From: a virus
Taxonomy: Duplodnaviria; Caudoviricetes
Reading direction: 5' to 3' (one strand)
Virus record (IMG/VR): IMGVR_UViG_3300045257_000186
Span: 1 to 53,836 of that record
Length of the DNA: 53,836 nucleotides
Positions within the stretch are counted from its first letter, which is position 1, and each line of letters begins with the position of its first letter. The notes beneath the pieces are model-generated. The model saw only the letters and a program-made list of their open reading frames with translations. It had not been told where the DNA came from and did no database searches. Below are positions 31,751 to 39,692 of the stretch, piece after piece. The position numbers and the translations under genes are program-made.

Positions 31751-32326
31751 TCAATCTCTCATGCGGTCCCACCGAACAACGCGAAATGTCCCGAAGGGTC
31801 CGCGCCGTTGCGGCCGAAAATCCCCAATTCCCTGCTGTTCACCGGCCTCAGTTAATAGTTGATGCACAAATTCCTCCGGTAGTAACTTATCGTTTATCGT
31901 CAGAGTGAATTGCGCAGACCAGACGTCAAATCGCGGGCGATGCCTCATTATTCTGCCCTTTGTCGCCGGGATTGACACCGGCCTACTATCAACTTCGAAA
32001 TCTGCCGCCAAGGTTTTGCCGTCGCCGTTCCGAACCGGAATATCGATCTCTTTGACCCTAACCGCAGCCGGCACGACATATTTGGCGGACTTCCGCGAGC
32101 CGCGTAATTTGTGTGCACCGCCCGCTTCTGTGATTGAGCTGGCGATCCAAGTACCGGGGAAATAAAAACCGTTTCCGTTTCTATAAACCACCTTCTCCGC
32201 TTGCTCCCGCGGTGTTCCACGATTTTGAATGATCGTCCGCGTGGTCGTATCGACTTCTGATCCTTCCTCAAACCGATGTTGCAGCATCGGCGTAATACCA
32301 ACAATTGCGCAATCAATCGTAATCAT
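31751..32326 (-). CDS. stand-alone RAMP/Cas7-like RNA-binding protein (Vipr-like effector)
   Basis: 'IVGITPMLQH' first strand, 'FYFPGTWI..SI..AG', 'RPRFDVWSAQFTL', Gly-rich loop 'AGEQQGIGDFRPQRRGPFGTFRV'; AAGGAGG RBS; flanked by pentamer arrays. Confidence 0.8.
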   Translation of the reverse strand: MITIDCAIVGITPMLQHRFEEGSEVDTTTRTIIQNRGTPREQAEKVVYRNGNGFYFPGTWIASSITEAGGAHKLRGSRKSAKYVVPAAVRVKEIDIPVRNGDGKTLAADFEVDSRPVSIPATKGRIMRHRPRFDVWSAQFTLTINDKLLPEEFVHQLLTEAGEQQGIGDFRPQRRGPFGTFRVVRWDRMRD

Positions 32327-32343
32327 AGTGTCCTCCTTCTCTG

Positions 32344-32418
32344 TTACCTGACCTCACCTCGCCATACCCAACCTCGCCTTGCCATGCCTCACCAAGCCTC
32401 ACCTCGCCGGGCCTCGCC
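32344..32418 (-). repeat. GGY-NN pentamer array B (putative guide RNA)
   Basis: 15/15 GGY pentamers, from the exonuclease stop to the RAMP RBS, ending GGTCA GGTAA. Confidence 0.92.
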
Positions 32419-33513
32419 TCAATTACGACCCCACCATGCCGGCATTTCCGCCAAATCCAATTCTTCTGGGGGGTCCAAGATCAGCCACATCTCGTTGGGG
32501 CCGAATTTGTCCATGAATGCGCGATAATTATCCGCCGCCTGATCGAGTGCGCGGCGCGCAACCTCGAGGATCGGGTTTGCAGGACTCAGGATGCGCGACC
32601 ACGTGACCGGTGCGCCCTCGCTCTGGAAAAACACCCATTGCCAGCCGAATTCTTTAGCCGCGGCGCATTTCTTTAAGAAAGCGAAAAGATCGATCGCGTT
32701 CGGAGGATTAAACCGCCCTTCGGCCATGAATTGCGGAATCATCGCCCGCGCCTCCATGTAGTGCGCCGCCTGTATTTCCATCCGACGTTGGGCAATGGCA
32801 ATCCGGCAGGCGGCCGGGAAAGCGAGTTCTCTGGTGTTGGCGATGCTTTTGAGATCGCCGATACCGCGCGGTTTAAGATAGTCGAGCCGCGCCTTGCGCC
32901 GCAGCCCGTCACGGGTCCAAAAGATCGAGATCTCGGGAAGCCCGCCGGTGAAGGCAGGCGCGAGCTTGGGGTTCTTGCTAATCATGGCCGACGCGATTAC
33001 GACGCGATCATAAGTCTCGGAGGGCAGTACCTCTTTCCCCATCTTTTCAGCTTCGGCATTGATCCGCTTGGTCTCTGCCGCCTTCTCAGACGACGGTGCG
33101 CCTTCCATCCAATCGCGCCCCCGCATATACCGCGCACTAAATGCCGCCTCGCCCTCCAGCACCATTTTGTGCATCGCCCGCCCGCGGAGCGTGGCTGGCG
33201 TGTCCCTGTCCTTCGGCCGCTGCGGGTTCATCGGGCTTTCCCACCAGAACGTAGCTGCGTTATCGACCAGCTTCCTCATGTCGGAACTACCCAAGGCGCT
33301 GTCAGCCCGATAAATCTCTTCGTCTAAATCCAGGTAAATGCCGTCCACGAGCGGCTCGACGTTGCCACCCATAGACGTGCCCGTAACCGCCGCCACTTCT
33401 TTCATTACATCTCCTATGTCTCCAGGTGATCTACCGTAGGGCGGCGGATAAGGGCCCGGCTCACCCATTAAATCACGGAACGCTTTGTTCAACCGCTCTT
33501 GGTCAATGGTCAT
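32419..33513 (-). CDS. RecE/exonuclease VIII-like PD-(D/E)XK nuclease
   Basis: 'IY....LGSSDMRKL', 'GRAMHKMVLE', 'EISIFW..KARLDYL..IGDLKS', 'QAAHY'; ATGA overlap with upstream gene. Confidence 0.8.
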   Translation of the reverse strand: MTIDQERLNKAFRDLMGEPGPYPPPYGRSPGDIGDVMKEVAAVTGTSMGGNVEPLVDGIYLDLDEEIYRADSALGSSDMRKLVDNAATFWWESPMNPQRPKDRDTPATLRGRAMHKMVLEGEAAFSARYMRGRDWMEGAPSSEKAAETKRINAEAEKMGKEVLPSETYDRVVIASAMISKNPKLAPAFTGGLPEISIFWTRDGLRRKARLDYLKPRGIGDLKSIANTRELAFPAACRIAIAQRRMEIQAAHYMEARAMIPQFMAEGRFNPPNAIDLFAFLKKCAAAKEFGWQWVFFQSEGAPVTWSRILSPANPILEVARRALDQAADNYRAFMDKFGPNEMWLILDPPEELDLAEMPAWWGRN

Positions 33514-33719
33514 GCCGTGGCCGCCTTTACCGCCCACATGGCGGCATCTTCGTAAGCGTCCTGCGCTAAATCGATTATGTGGAGTTTCACACTTGTCGCA
33601 CCCCCTCTCATTCCCTCGCACAAATCGATCAATTCAGCCGATTTCTGCTTAATCTGGCTCACGAGTGAATTGTCAGACGGATTGAATTTAACGCGAACGC
33701 GGTCCTCGCCGATGGTCAT
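33510..33719 (-). CDS. Acb2/Tad1-like helical-hairpin protein (putative nucleotide-signal sponge, anti-defence)
   Basis: 'GEDRVRVKFNPS..V.QIK..AELID', 'LAQDAYEDAAMWAVKAAT'; AGGAG RBS. Confidence 0.6.
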   Translation of the reverse strand: MTIGEDRVRVKFNPSDNSLVSQIKQKSAELIDLCEGMRGGATSVKLHIIDLAQDAYEDAAMWAVKAATA

Positions 33720-33737
33720 GTCCTGCTCCTAGAATGA

Positions 33738-33814
33738 TTGCCTATAATTATTCTTACGCCTCGCAATATTATTTGACAAGCGCCTATCTGGAAATTATAG
33801 GCAAAGTGTTGACA
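33738..33814. promoter_or_regulatory. divergent promoter region with 12-bp perfect inverted repeat
   Basis: TTGCCTATAATT (33738-49) and AATTATAGGCAA (33793-804); TTGACA(33773)-17-TATAGG on +; second TTGACA at 33809. Confidence 0.65.
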
Positions 33815-33867
33815 CCCTCTTTCCGGACCTATTTTGTGGCGTGCCCAAAGAAAAGGAGGGGGTGCAG

Positions 33868-34452
33868 ATGCAGAATGTTTGGCTCGAAAGCCAGATTGAA
33901 ACCATGAAACAAATGTTCAAAGATGGGTTTTCTCACGCACAAATTGGCCGATCGGTCGGCCGATCCCGCAATGCGGTTATCGGCAAAGTACACCGCATGG
34001 GGCTGCACATCGAGGGCCAAGAGCAGGGATACCGGCCGAAACCCCAGGGCGGCCGCGTCAGTTCCAAGTCCGCGATCAAACGACCGCGCAGCAAAGGGCG
34101 GCCGCAAGTCGGACGTTGCGAGCCGCTTCCTGAGACCCCTACCGCCCCGGATTCCAAATTCATCTCGCTCATCGAGCTTAGCCGGGGAACGTGCCATTTC
34201 CCGTATGGCGACCCGCAGGAGCCCGATTTTAGCTATTGTGGTGCGCCGGTCTGGGGTAAATCATCGTACTGCGCTTCTCACGCGCGGCTTTGTTACACCA
34301 CGGCGGCCGAGCGCCGGGCCGAGCGGGCGCAATACCAGGAGGAACCGACATGGGACGCAAGCCGAAAACTGATCCGCAAGCGCCGGGCGCGGACGCCGAG
34401 AGGCCGGGCGCAGGGCACAACCAGCTCTCCGACGACGACCTCCGAGAGTTAG
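33868..34452 (+). CDS. gcrA: GcrA-family cell-cycle transcription regulator
   Basis: 'W..QI..MKQMFKDGFSHAQIG..SRNAVIGKVHRMGL' and 'LIEL..TCHFPYGDP..DFSYCG..SYCASH'. Confidence 0.9.
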   Translation: MQNVWLESQIETMKQMFKDGFSHAQIGRSVGRSRNAVIGKVHRMGLHIEGQEQGYRPKPQGGRVSSKSAIKRPRSKGRPQVGRCEPLPETPTAPDSKFISLIELSRGTCHFPYGDPQEPDFSYCGAPVWGKSSYCASHARLCYTTAAERRAERAQYQEEPTWDASRKLIRKRRARTPRGRAQGTTSSPTTTSES

Positions 34453-34898
34453 CTTTCCAGCACAAGCAGCGATACATCACGGCGTTAGCGCGGAAAAAGA
34501 CCGCCGATGCGGATTTTAAGAACACCTGCAAGGCTGCGATGGCTGAAATGGGCCGGAGCGGCGTCGCCATCATTAAACACATGATCGCGTTGGACGACCC
34601 GGAGGGCGAGGCAGAGGTGCGTGCGGAGTTGATGCAGTACGCCAGTGCGTTGCGGTGGGCCAGCGTGCCGTTAGGGACACAGATCGAGTTTGCCCTGACC
34701 GAGCCAGATGAGACGCCATCCGTCGATCGCGCCTTTGACGAGGGTAAGCAGACCAGCATGGCCAATAGGCCAGCTAAACCTCCGTATAACCCCGAGAGTC
34801 CGCAATATAGGGCGTTCATGGACGGATACTCGGATCATCAGGCTACACTGGCCCAGCGCCTTGGGCATGGGAACGGCGACCAGCCGCGACCGGAATAA
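34350..34898 (+). CDS. GapR (DUF2312)-like nucleoid/DNA-binding protein with C-terminal extension
   Basis: 'GHN' motif, 'ADADFK..CK.A....G', AGGAGG RBS. Confidence 0.5.
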   Translation: MGRKPKTDPQAPGADAERPGAGHNQLSDDDLRELAFQHKQRYITALARKKTADADFKNTCKAAMAEMGRSGVAIIKHMIALDDPEGEAEVRAELMQYASALRWASVPLGTQIEFALTEPDETPSVDRAFDEGKQTSMANRPAKPPYNPESPQYRAFMDGYSDHQATLAQRLGHGNGDQPRPE

Positions 34899-34968
34899 GG
34901 ACACACCATGCTTCCCGCGCCGCAAATGGTGATGCTAGAGCCGTACTGAGCGGGATAGGGAGCGGCAA

Positions 34969-35250
34969 ATGATAATCCTCGACGTGCAACCTGTCGGCCA
35001 CAGTCAATTTACCGGCTCGGTCAATGGCGAGGCTCTTGTCGGTCCTACGCCAACTCCCTTCTTTGACGCCGCAAGACGCCTAATGGCGCGGGGTGAGCCC
35101 GCCGATGAGACTTTAGTGATGCGGCATCCCACAGGCACCCTCTCAATTAAAGCTGCCCTTGGCGATGCGGCGCGGCTTGGCGTGCGGGAAGGCAACGGAC
35201 AATTACGGATTGTCGCGTGGGAACCGTACAATGTTCATCGCGGCATTTGA
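34969..35250 (+). CDS. hypothetical protein
   Basis: 93 aa ORF, GGGAG RBS. Confidence 0.55.
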   Translation: MIILDVQPVGHSQFTGSVNGEALVGPTPTPFFDAARRLMARGEPADETLVMRHPTGTLSIKAALGDAARLGVREGNGQLRIVAWEPYNVHRGI

Positions 35251-35767
35251 CCTCGCTACCGCGACCGGCGTGTGCCACGGCACTGTCGGCGGAGTGCCGC
35301 ATGTATGGACGTGGTTTTTAAGCGATAGCGAAGGCGGCCGTCCGGTCAAGCTGGCCTACCTGCGCCGCCTACTCGACAAGTATTTCGAGTCCACCATAAT
35401 TGACGCGGTTTATTACGAGGCGCCGATGCCGCTGCGGGCGATGATGGAACGCGGCGCCAGCGAAGATGTGATTGCACTGCTGCGCGGTTCCATTGGGGTG
35501 CTCGAGAGTTGCGCCGCCCATGCTGGTATCCAGACGATTGAGGCGGTGTCGGTGCAGCGCGCTCGGACCGCGCTGATCGGCCGGCAAACCCGATCCAAGA
35601 TTAAGGGTGCGGGCAAGGAAGCGGTGCAAAGGGTTGCGAAAATGATGGGCGTTGCGGTTACGGACGACCACCAAGCCGACGCTTATGCGTGCTGGTTTTA
35701 CGCCTGCGCCAAGAACAACCCGCGACTAGCCCATATTTCGACGCCATTATTCGCGCGGCAAACTTAG
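35231..35767 (+). CDS. RuvC-like Holliday junction resolvase
   Basis: 'IAAFDLATATG', 'VYYEAP', 'DDHQADA' acidic catalytic motifs. Confidence 0.8.
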   Translation: MFIAAFDLATATGVCHGTVGGVPHVWTWFLSDSEGGRPVKLAYLRRLLDKYFESTIIDAVYYEAPMPLRAMMERGASEDVIALLRGSIGVLESCAAHAGIQTIEAVSVQRARTALIGRQTRSKIKGAGKEAVQRVAKMMGVAVTDDHQADAYACWFYACAKNNPRLAHISTPLFARQT

Positions 35768-35846
35768 TTCCTTACCTTACCGTGCCACACCTCGCCACGC
35801 CCCGCCATGCCATACCCGACCGCGCCGTACCCTACCATGCCACGCC
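35767..35846 (-). repeat. GGY-NN pentamer array C (putative guide RNA)
   Basis: 15/15 GGY pentamers (35772-35846) plus terminal GGAAC; convergent on the RuvC-like stop. Confidence 0.92.
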
Positions 35847-35912
35847 TTTTGGATAAGTCAGCCGCCGAAGGAAAGTTGCGCTACAATCCGCAGCGCTATT
35901 TGCAGGGAGGAC

Positions 35913-36101
35913 ATGATGGACGAAGGTGAGGCTTTAGACGAGGCGCGGGACATGATGAACGATCTCCGCGGCATTGTCGAACTAGCCCGGCAAGTCCGCG
36001 AGGCGCAGAAAAAGTATTTCAAGACACGCGACCGGAACGATCTGGTGGCCTCAAAGCAGATCGAGCGCCGGTTGGACGATGCGCTGTCAGGGCAACGATA
36101 G
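35913..36101 (+). CDS. hypothetical protein
   Basis: GGAGG RBS; 'VREAQKKYFKTR..DL.ASK..E..LD'. Confidence 0.6.
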   Translation: MMDEGEALDEARDMMNDLRGIVELARQVREAQKKYFKTRDRNDLVASKQIERRLDDALSGQR

Positions 36102-36244
36102 TTGCGCCGCCGCATACTCACCCCGCGCGGTCTCGATCTCGCGGTCCTCTTCCGCTTCCAGCACCCAATCCCGTATTAGCCAGATACAGCGCCAGCACGC
36201 GCAGCCGACGCCGTGGGGGAAGTACCGGCGCGGTGCGGTTAGCT

Positions 36245-36685
36245 TCATAGCGAACCCCAATCCTCCGGCGACATAAGCGGCGACCCGGCCTCCGGCATTA
36301 CGGTACGCGGCTTTTTCGGCATCCGGCGCGCATAAGCCACATTCTGCCGTCTGATCCAAGCGCGCAGCTCTCCGCTCGGCGGTGATGGCGGTTCCTTACC
36401 CTCGCCATTAGGCCAGCGTTTGAATAGCTCCTTGAATTTCATCGACGCCCAACCCGGCTTGTAGCCTTTGATCTCGGCGTGTCTTTTGAGGCCGGCAAAT
36501 GTCTGGTGCCGGGCGAGTTCAGGGTCAATCCCCTCACGATCACCGCCGATGACCAAGCCGGGAAGCTTAGTGCGGCGGATCAAGCGGGGATGGCGGCACC
36601 CACATTTTCCACAGATAAATTGTTTCTTCGGGATCGGGCTCATTTCCCGCTGGTAGCCACATGAAATGCAGATCAGTAAACCCAT
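36245..36685 (-). CDS. zinc-ribbon protein resembling the C-terminal region of phage SF2 helicases
   Basis: CxxC..CxxC then 'KGYKPGWA..KFKE.F..WP'. Confidence 0.55.
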   Translation of the reverse strand: MGLLICISCGYQREMSPIPKKQFICGKCGCRHPRLIRRTKLPGLVIGGDREGIDPELARHQTFAGLKRHAEIKGYKPGWASMKFKELFKRWPNGEGKEPPSPPSGELRAWIRRQNVAYARRMPKKPRTVMPEAGSPLMSPEDWGSL

Positions 36686-37047
36686 CAGCGCTCCACGACT
36701 TGGCCGCTGATTTTCTTTTTGAGCCGGCTATTGCGTCCGAAGGGGAGGGGGCGCTTGGAGGTTAGCGCCTTAATTTGCCGGTCGCGTATGCGCTTCACCT
36801 TGGCGATGGCGCCTTGGTCGCGCGCTGTCTTGGCGCGGTTACACTCAAAACAAATTACCGCGCAATTATGTAAGTCATTGCGTCCACTAATGAAATCAGG
36901 GTCAATATGGTCGTAGATGAAGCGGCCTAGGTCTATGGGCGCGGTGCATCGGGTATAGCCGCCATCGGTCCAAATATAGCCCTCACAGCGCCCGTTAGCC
37001 CGTTCCCACGCCTGGCGCCTGACCTTCCGGCTAAACTCGTGGCGCAT
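36685..37047 (-). CDS. HNH endonuclease
   Basis: 'RANGRCE', 'YDHIDP...G.NDLHNCAVIC..CN..KT'. Confidence 0.8.
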   Translation of the reverse strand: MRHEFSRKVRRQAWERANGRCEGYIWTDGGYTRCTAPIDLGRFIYDHIDPDFISGRNDLHNCAVICFECNRAKTARDQGAIAKVKRIRDRQIKALTSKRPLPFGRNSRLKKKISGQVVER

Positions 37048-37373
37048 TTAGCGCACCCATGAAATTTGAATGAGACGCTCAATTTTGCCGCTCATCGGCC
37101 GACGCATCCAAACGATCTCCACCGGACCAATATGCCAACACCACCGATCGCGCTTAAAAGAGGTCACTTGCATTTTTTCTCCTTCCATTGGTAGGCGGCG
37201 GCCGGTTCCTGCCCTCCGGGCATATGAGAGGGAACCTCCAAGCAGCGTTTCCGGGTAGTTTGAAGTAAGAGGTGGGCGAGGAACGGTGGCTACCTTTGCT
37301 CCGTGCTTCGGCCTTGGCTCATAGTTAGCGGCTAGTCTCCATAGGGGTTTGACGCGCAAAATAATCGCGCGTC

Positions 37374-37487
37374 TTGAAACCGTTGCGGGGTTGGGGTATT
37401 TAAGGGAAAGAATTCCATGGCCGGTCAGGACGGTTGTGGTTTAGCCCTTCGGGGCTTTGAGGCTCGGTCTCGTCAACCGAGCCTCAT
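37374..37487 (+). promoter_or_regulatory. promoter followed by two hairpins (leader, terminator or sRNA)
   Basis: TTGAAA-17-TATTTA; AGCCC-TTCG-GGGCT and TGAGGCTCGGT-N7-ACCGAGCCTCA. Confidence 0.5.
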
Positions 37488-37623
37488 CATTTATGCTCCA
37501 ATCAAAACGAAATGCAAGCGACTAGTTGTTGATTGCCCGTTCTTCATCCATACTAATACTTGATTGAAGGAACGCGCTGATGTAGTAACGGCAGCTATGG
37601 GAAAGCGCGGTCCAGAAGTTTCG

Positions 37624-37869
37624 ATGAAGTGTCCCGTTTGTAGCGGGCGTCTTGATATTAAAGATAGTCGGCCGACAGTTGTTGAAGGCTTGGCCACTGT
37701 TAGGCGGCGCCGTCATTGTCGGGAGTGTAAAGGAAGGCTAACGACATACGAAATTGTCGATGGACGGGAGCTATTTTTGCAGGTGCTTTCGATGGCTGGC
37801 GAAGTGGCGCAGTTAAATTCAATGATGCAAGCGATGGTTCGGTACGTGCAGGCGGCAGGCAAGAGGTAG
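37624..37869 (+). CDS. NrdR N-terminal-like zinc-ribbon protein
   Basis: 'MKCPVC..DSRP..VRRRRHC..C..RLTTYEI'; no ATP-cone. Confidence 0.75.
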   Translation: MKCPVCSGRLDIKDSRPTVVEGLATVRRRRHCRECKGRLTTYEIVDGRELFLQVLSMAGEVAQLNSMMQAMVRYVQAAGKR

Positions 37870-37881
37870 TGAGGATGGACA

Positions 37882-38244
37882 ATGCCGGAATTCAACAGCG
37901 TCAGGTTGATCGCAAGCAAAGAGGGATTCCAGGTCATAGACTCTAGCGGCAAAAAACTAGCTGCCGCGGCGATCGACTGCTTCATTCGGCCAGGAGCTCC
38001 GCCGATGATTATGCTGGCGCTGGCCGGCGGCCAGATTGATATTGCCGAGGCCAAGGCGCTGTTCGCGATCGTCGATCCTACGACCGGCAAGCCGCGGGTG
38101 GTTCGCAAGATAGTATGGGCGGACGGCGGCGCGGATATGGAGTTCCCGGTCCCAGAAAAGGGCGACGGTTCCCAAGAGGCGCGGATTAAGCAAGATATTC
38201 TTGCGCGGTCTGCTAATCAGCCGCCGCCCGCGCCTAGTCCATAG
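37882..38244 (+). CDS. hypothetical protein
   Basis: 120 aa ORF with GAGGA RBS. Confidence 0.55.
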   Translation: MPEFNSVRLIASKEGFQVIDSSGKKLAAAAIDCFIRPGAPPMIMLALAGGQIDIAEAKALFAIVDPTTGKPRVVRKIVWADGGADMEFPVPEKGDGSQEARIKQDILARSANQPPPAPSP

Positions 38245-38355
38245 TTAGCGAGTCGGCCTAGCGGCTCTCCGGTTCTTCCCTCGTGGCCGCGATCGAGAGT
38301 TAGGCTGGAAGTGGTGGCGGCCAGGGCGGCAATCCTGGCCGCTGCCCAAAGTCAG

Positions 38356-38565
38356 CTAATCTTCGGGCCGCTTCCTGACAGAATAGTGGAAGTCTGCGAT
38401 TACCGCGTGCACGCGGATATTTTTGCGGTGGCTCTCATTGAGCCGCGCGCATTCCCGATCGGCCTCGCGCCTGGTCGGATAGAGGACAACGCGGCCCTTA
38501 GCTTTGAGCCAGTCCTGTCGGTCGCCGCTAGGGCCGGAGACTTCGCACCAAATCGCAAACCGCAT
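38356..38565 (-). CDS. hypothetical protein, paralogue of 39693-39890
   Basis: Shared 'FAIWC.VSG..G.R..WLK..G......EA...A..L'. Confidence 0.6.
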   Translation of the reverse strand: MRFAIWCEVSGPSGDRQDWLKAKGRVVLYPTRREADRECARLNESHRKNIRVHAVIADFHYSVRKRPED

Positions 38566-38903
38566 TTTAGTGCCACCCGATGGGCGGGATTAGATACCAC
38601 AACAAAGCGTAGTATGTGCCCCAATAAAAGCAGGCAAGGAGCAGAACTAGGAGCACCGCTACGGGAAAGCGCCACCACATTCCTTCGTTCATGCTATCAC
38701 GCAACGCGGCCGCCGACATGGCTCGCGGTCTGATTTGCGGTTAGGATCGGGCAAGGTCATGTCCGGCATGATAAGCCCGTCCGCTGGCGCCCAACGTTCG
38801 GCAAACGTAGGGACCGGCGCTTGCGGCGCCGGCCAGAGGGTAAGCCCGAGGGCTATTCCAGCCGCTAATGCGGCGGCTGCAATGAGGGGTTTGGCGGTCA
38901 CAA

Positions 38904-39374
38904 TCATAACCATCGTTGCTTGAGAGCGTAGCCCGCTCCGGCAAACCATTCATTGCTCGGCGTGGTCCAATCCGGCTTTTCTTTTTTGCCGCCTTGGTGC
39001 CAGTAGAATTTGTCAGCTTCGTAGATCGCCTTGCGTAAAGCGTTCGCGGCCTTGCCCTTCCCGTTCTTTGCCTCTTCGCCGAAAAGTGCATACCCAAGGC
39101 TGTGAACGACATGGAAACCCATGTCCATTCCGCAGCCCCCGACTCGCATTCCATCGCCGCGTCGTGCGCGCGGGTAGCCAAGTAGCACCGACACAGCCCA
39201 ATTAGGGTGTAGTGCCTCGCCATCGCGCAAAATAACCACGCGAATGTCGCGCGACATGCCGGACCTAGAAACATTATCGACAATCGTATGGACTGTATCG
39301 CCTGGTTTCAGCCATTTCCGCAGATTGGCAAAAGCTTGTTCGCGGTCCGCTTTGCTGTACTTGCTCATTTTCAT
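38904..39374 (-). CDS. conserved hypothetical early phage protein
   Basis: 'LKPGDTV.T...VSRSGMSR.I', 'GCGMDMGFHVV..L'; AAGGGGA RBS. Confidence 0.65.
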   Translation of the reverse strand: MKMSKYSKADREQAFANLRKWLKPGDTVHTIVDNVSRSGMSRDIRVVILRDGEALHPNWAVSVLLGYPRARRGDGMRVGGCGMDMGFHVVHSLGYALFGEEAKNGKGKAANALRKAIYEADKFYWHQGGKKEKPDWTTPSNEWFAGAGYALKQRWL

Positions 39375-39692
39375 TCCCCTTGTGTTGCGCTCGGCAGAGC
39401 GCCGGCATGATTGCCGTTCTAGCCAATGTCTGACCCGCGCGCGCGGCATTGGCTAGGGCTGCAATCCTTAGCGGCTCGAGTGTCGCAGCGGAGTTACCTT
39501 TGCACTTTCCCGCTCAATGCGCCGCTCAACGCGGGCAATGCGGGCTAGGTGTTCCAGGCGATCACGGAGCCTGGATTGGTACCGCGCCAGTCTTATCGCC
39601 CGGTCCAATCGCGCCAGCTCCGCGTCATTGTAGAAACTATGAGGCATTTTAGGCTCCCTTGTGTTGTGGGCACGGCAATGCCCGGTTGCAGA

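Noticed and set aside
31551-32418. Canonical CRISPR array or simple microsatellite
   Set aside because: There are no 25-45 bp repeats with spacers. The NN positions vary from unit to unit and carry decodable information, unlike slippage-derived satellites.
30815-32527. Plus-strand ORFs crossing the arrays (30815-31855, 31386-31613, 32276-32527)
   Set aside because: They overlap well-supported minus-strand genes, and their Pro/His/Arg-rich translations are artefacts of the pentamer repeats.
30236-32600. In-window targets for array A units 1 and 3 (for example LARAEIDEAIAT, YPRVL, WSRILSPAN, PATKGRIMR)
   Set aside because: Only 2-4 dinucleotides match and several alternatives score similarly, so they cannot be told apart from chance.
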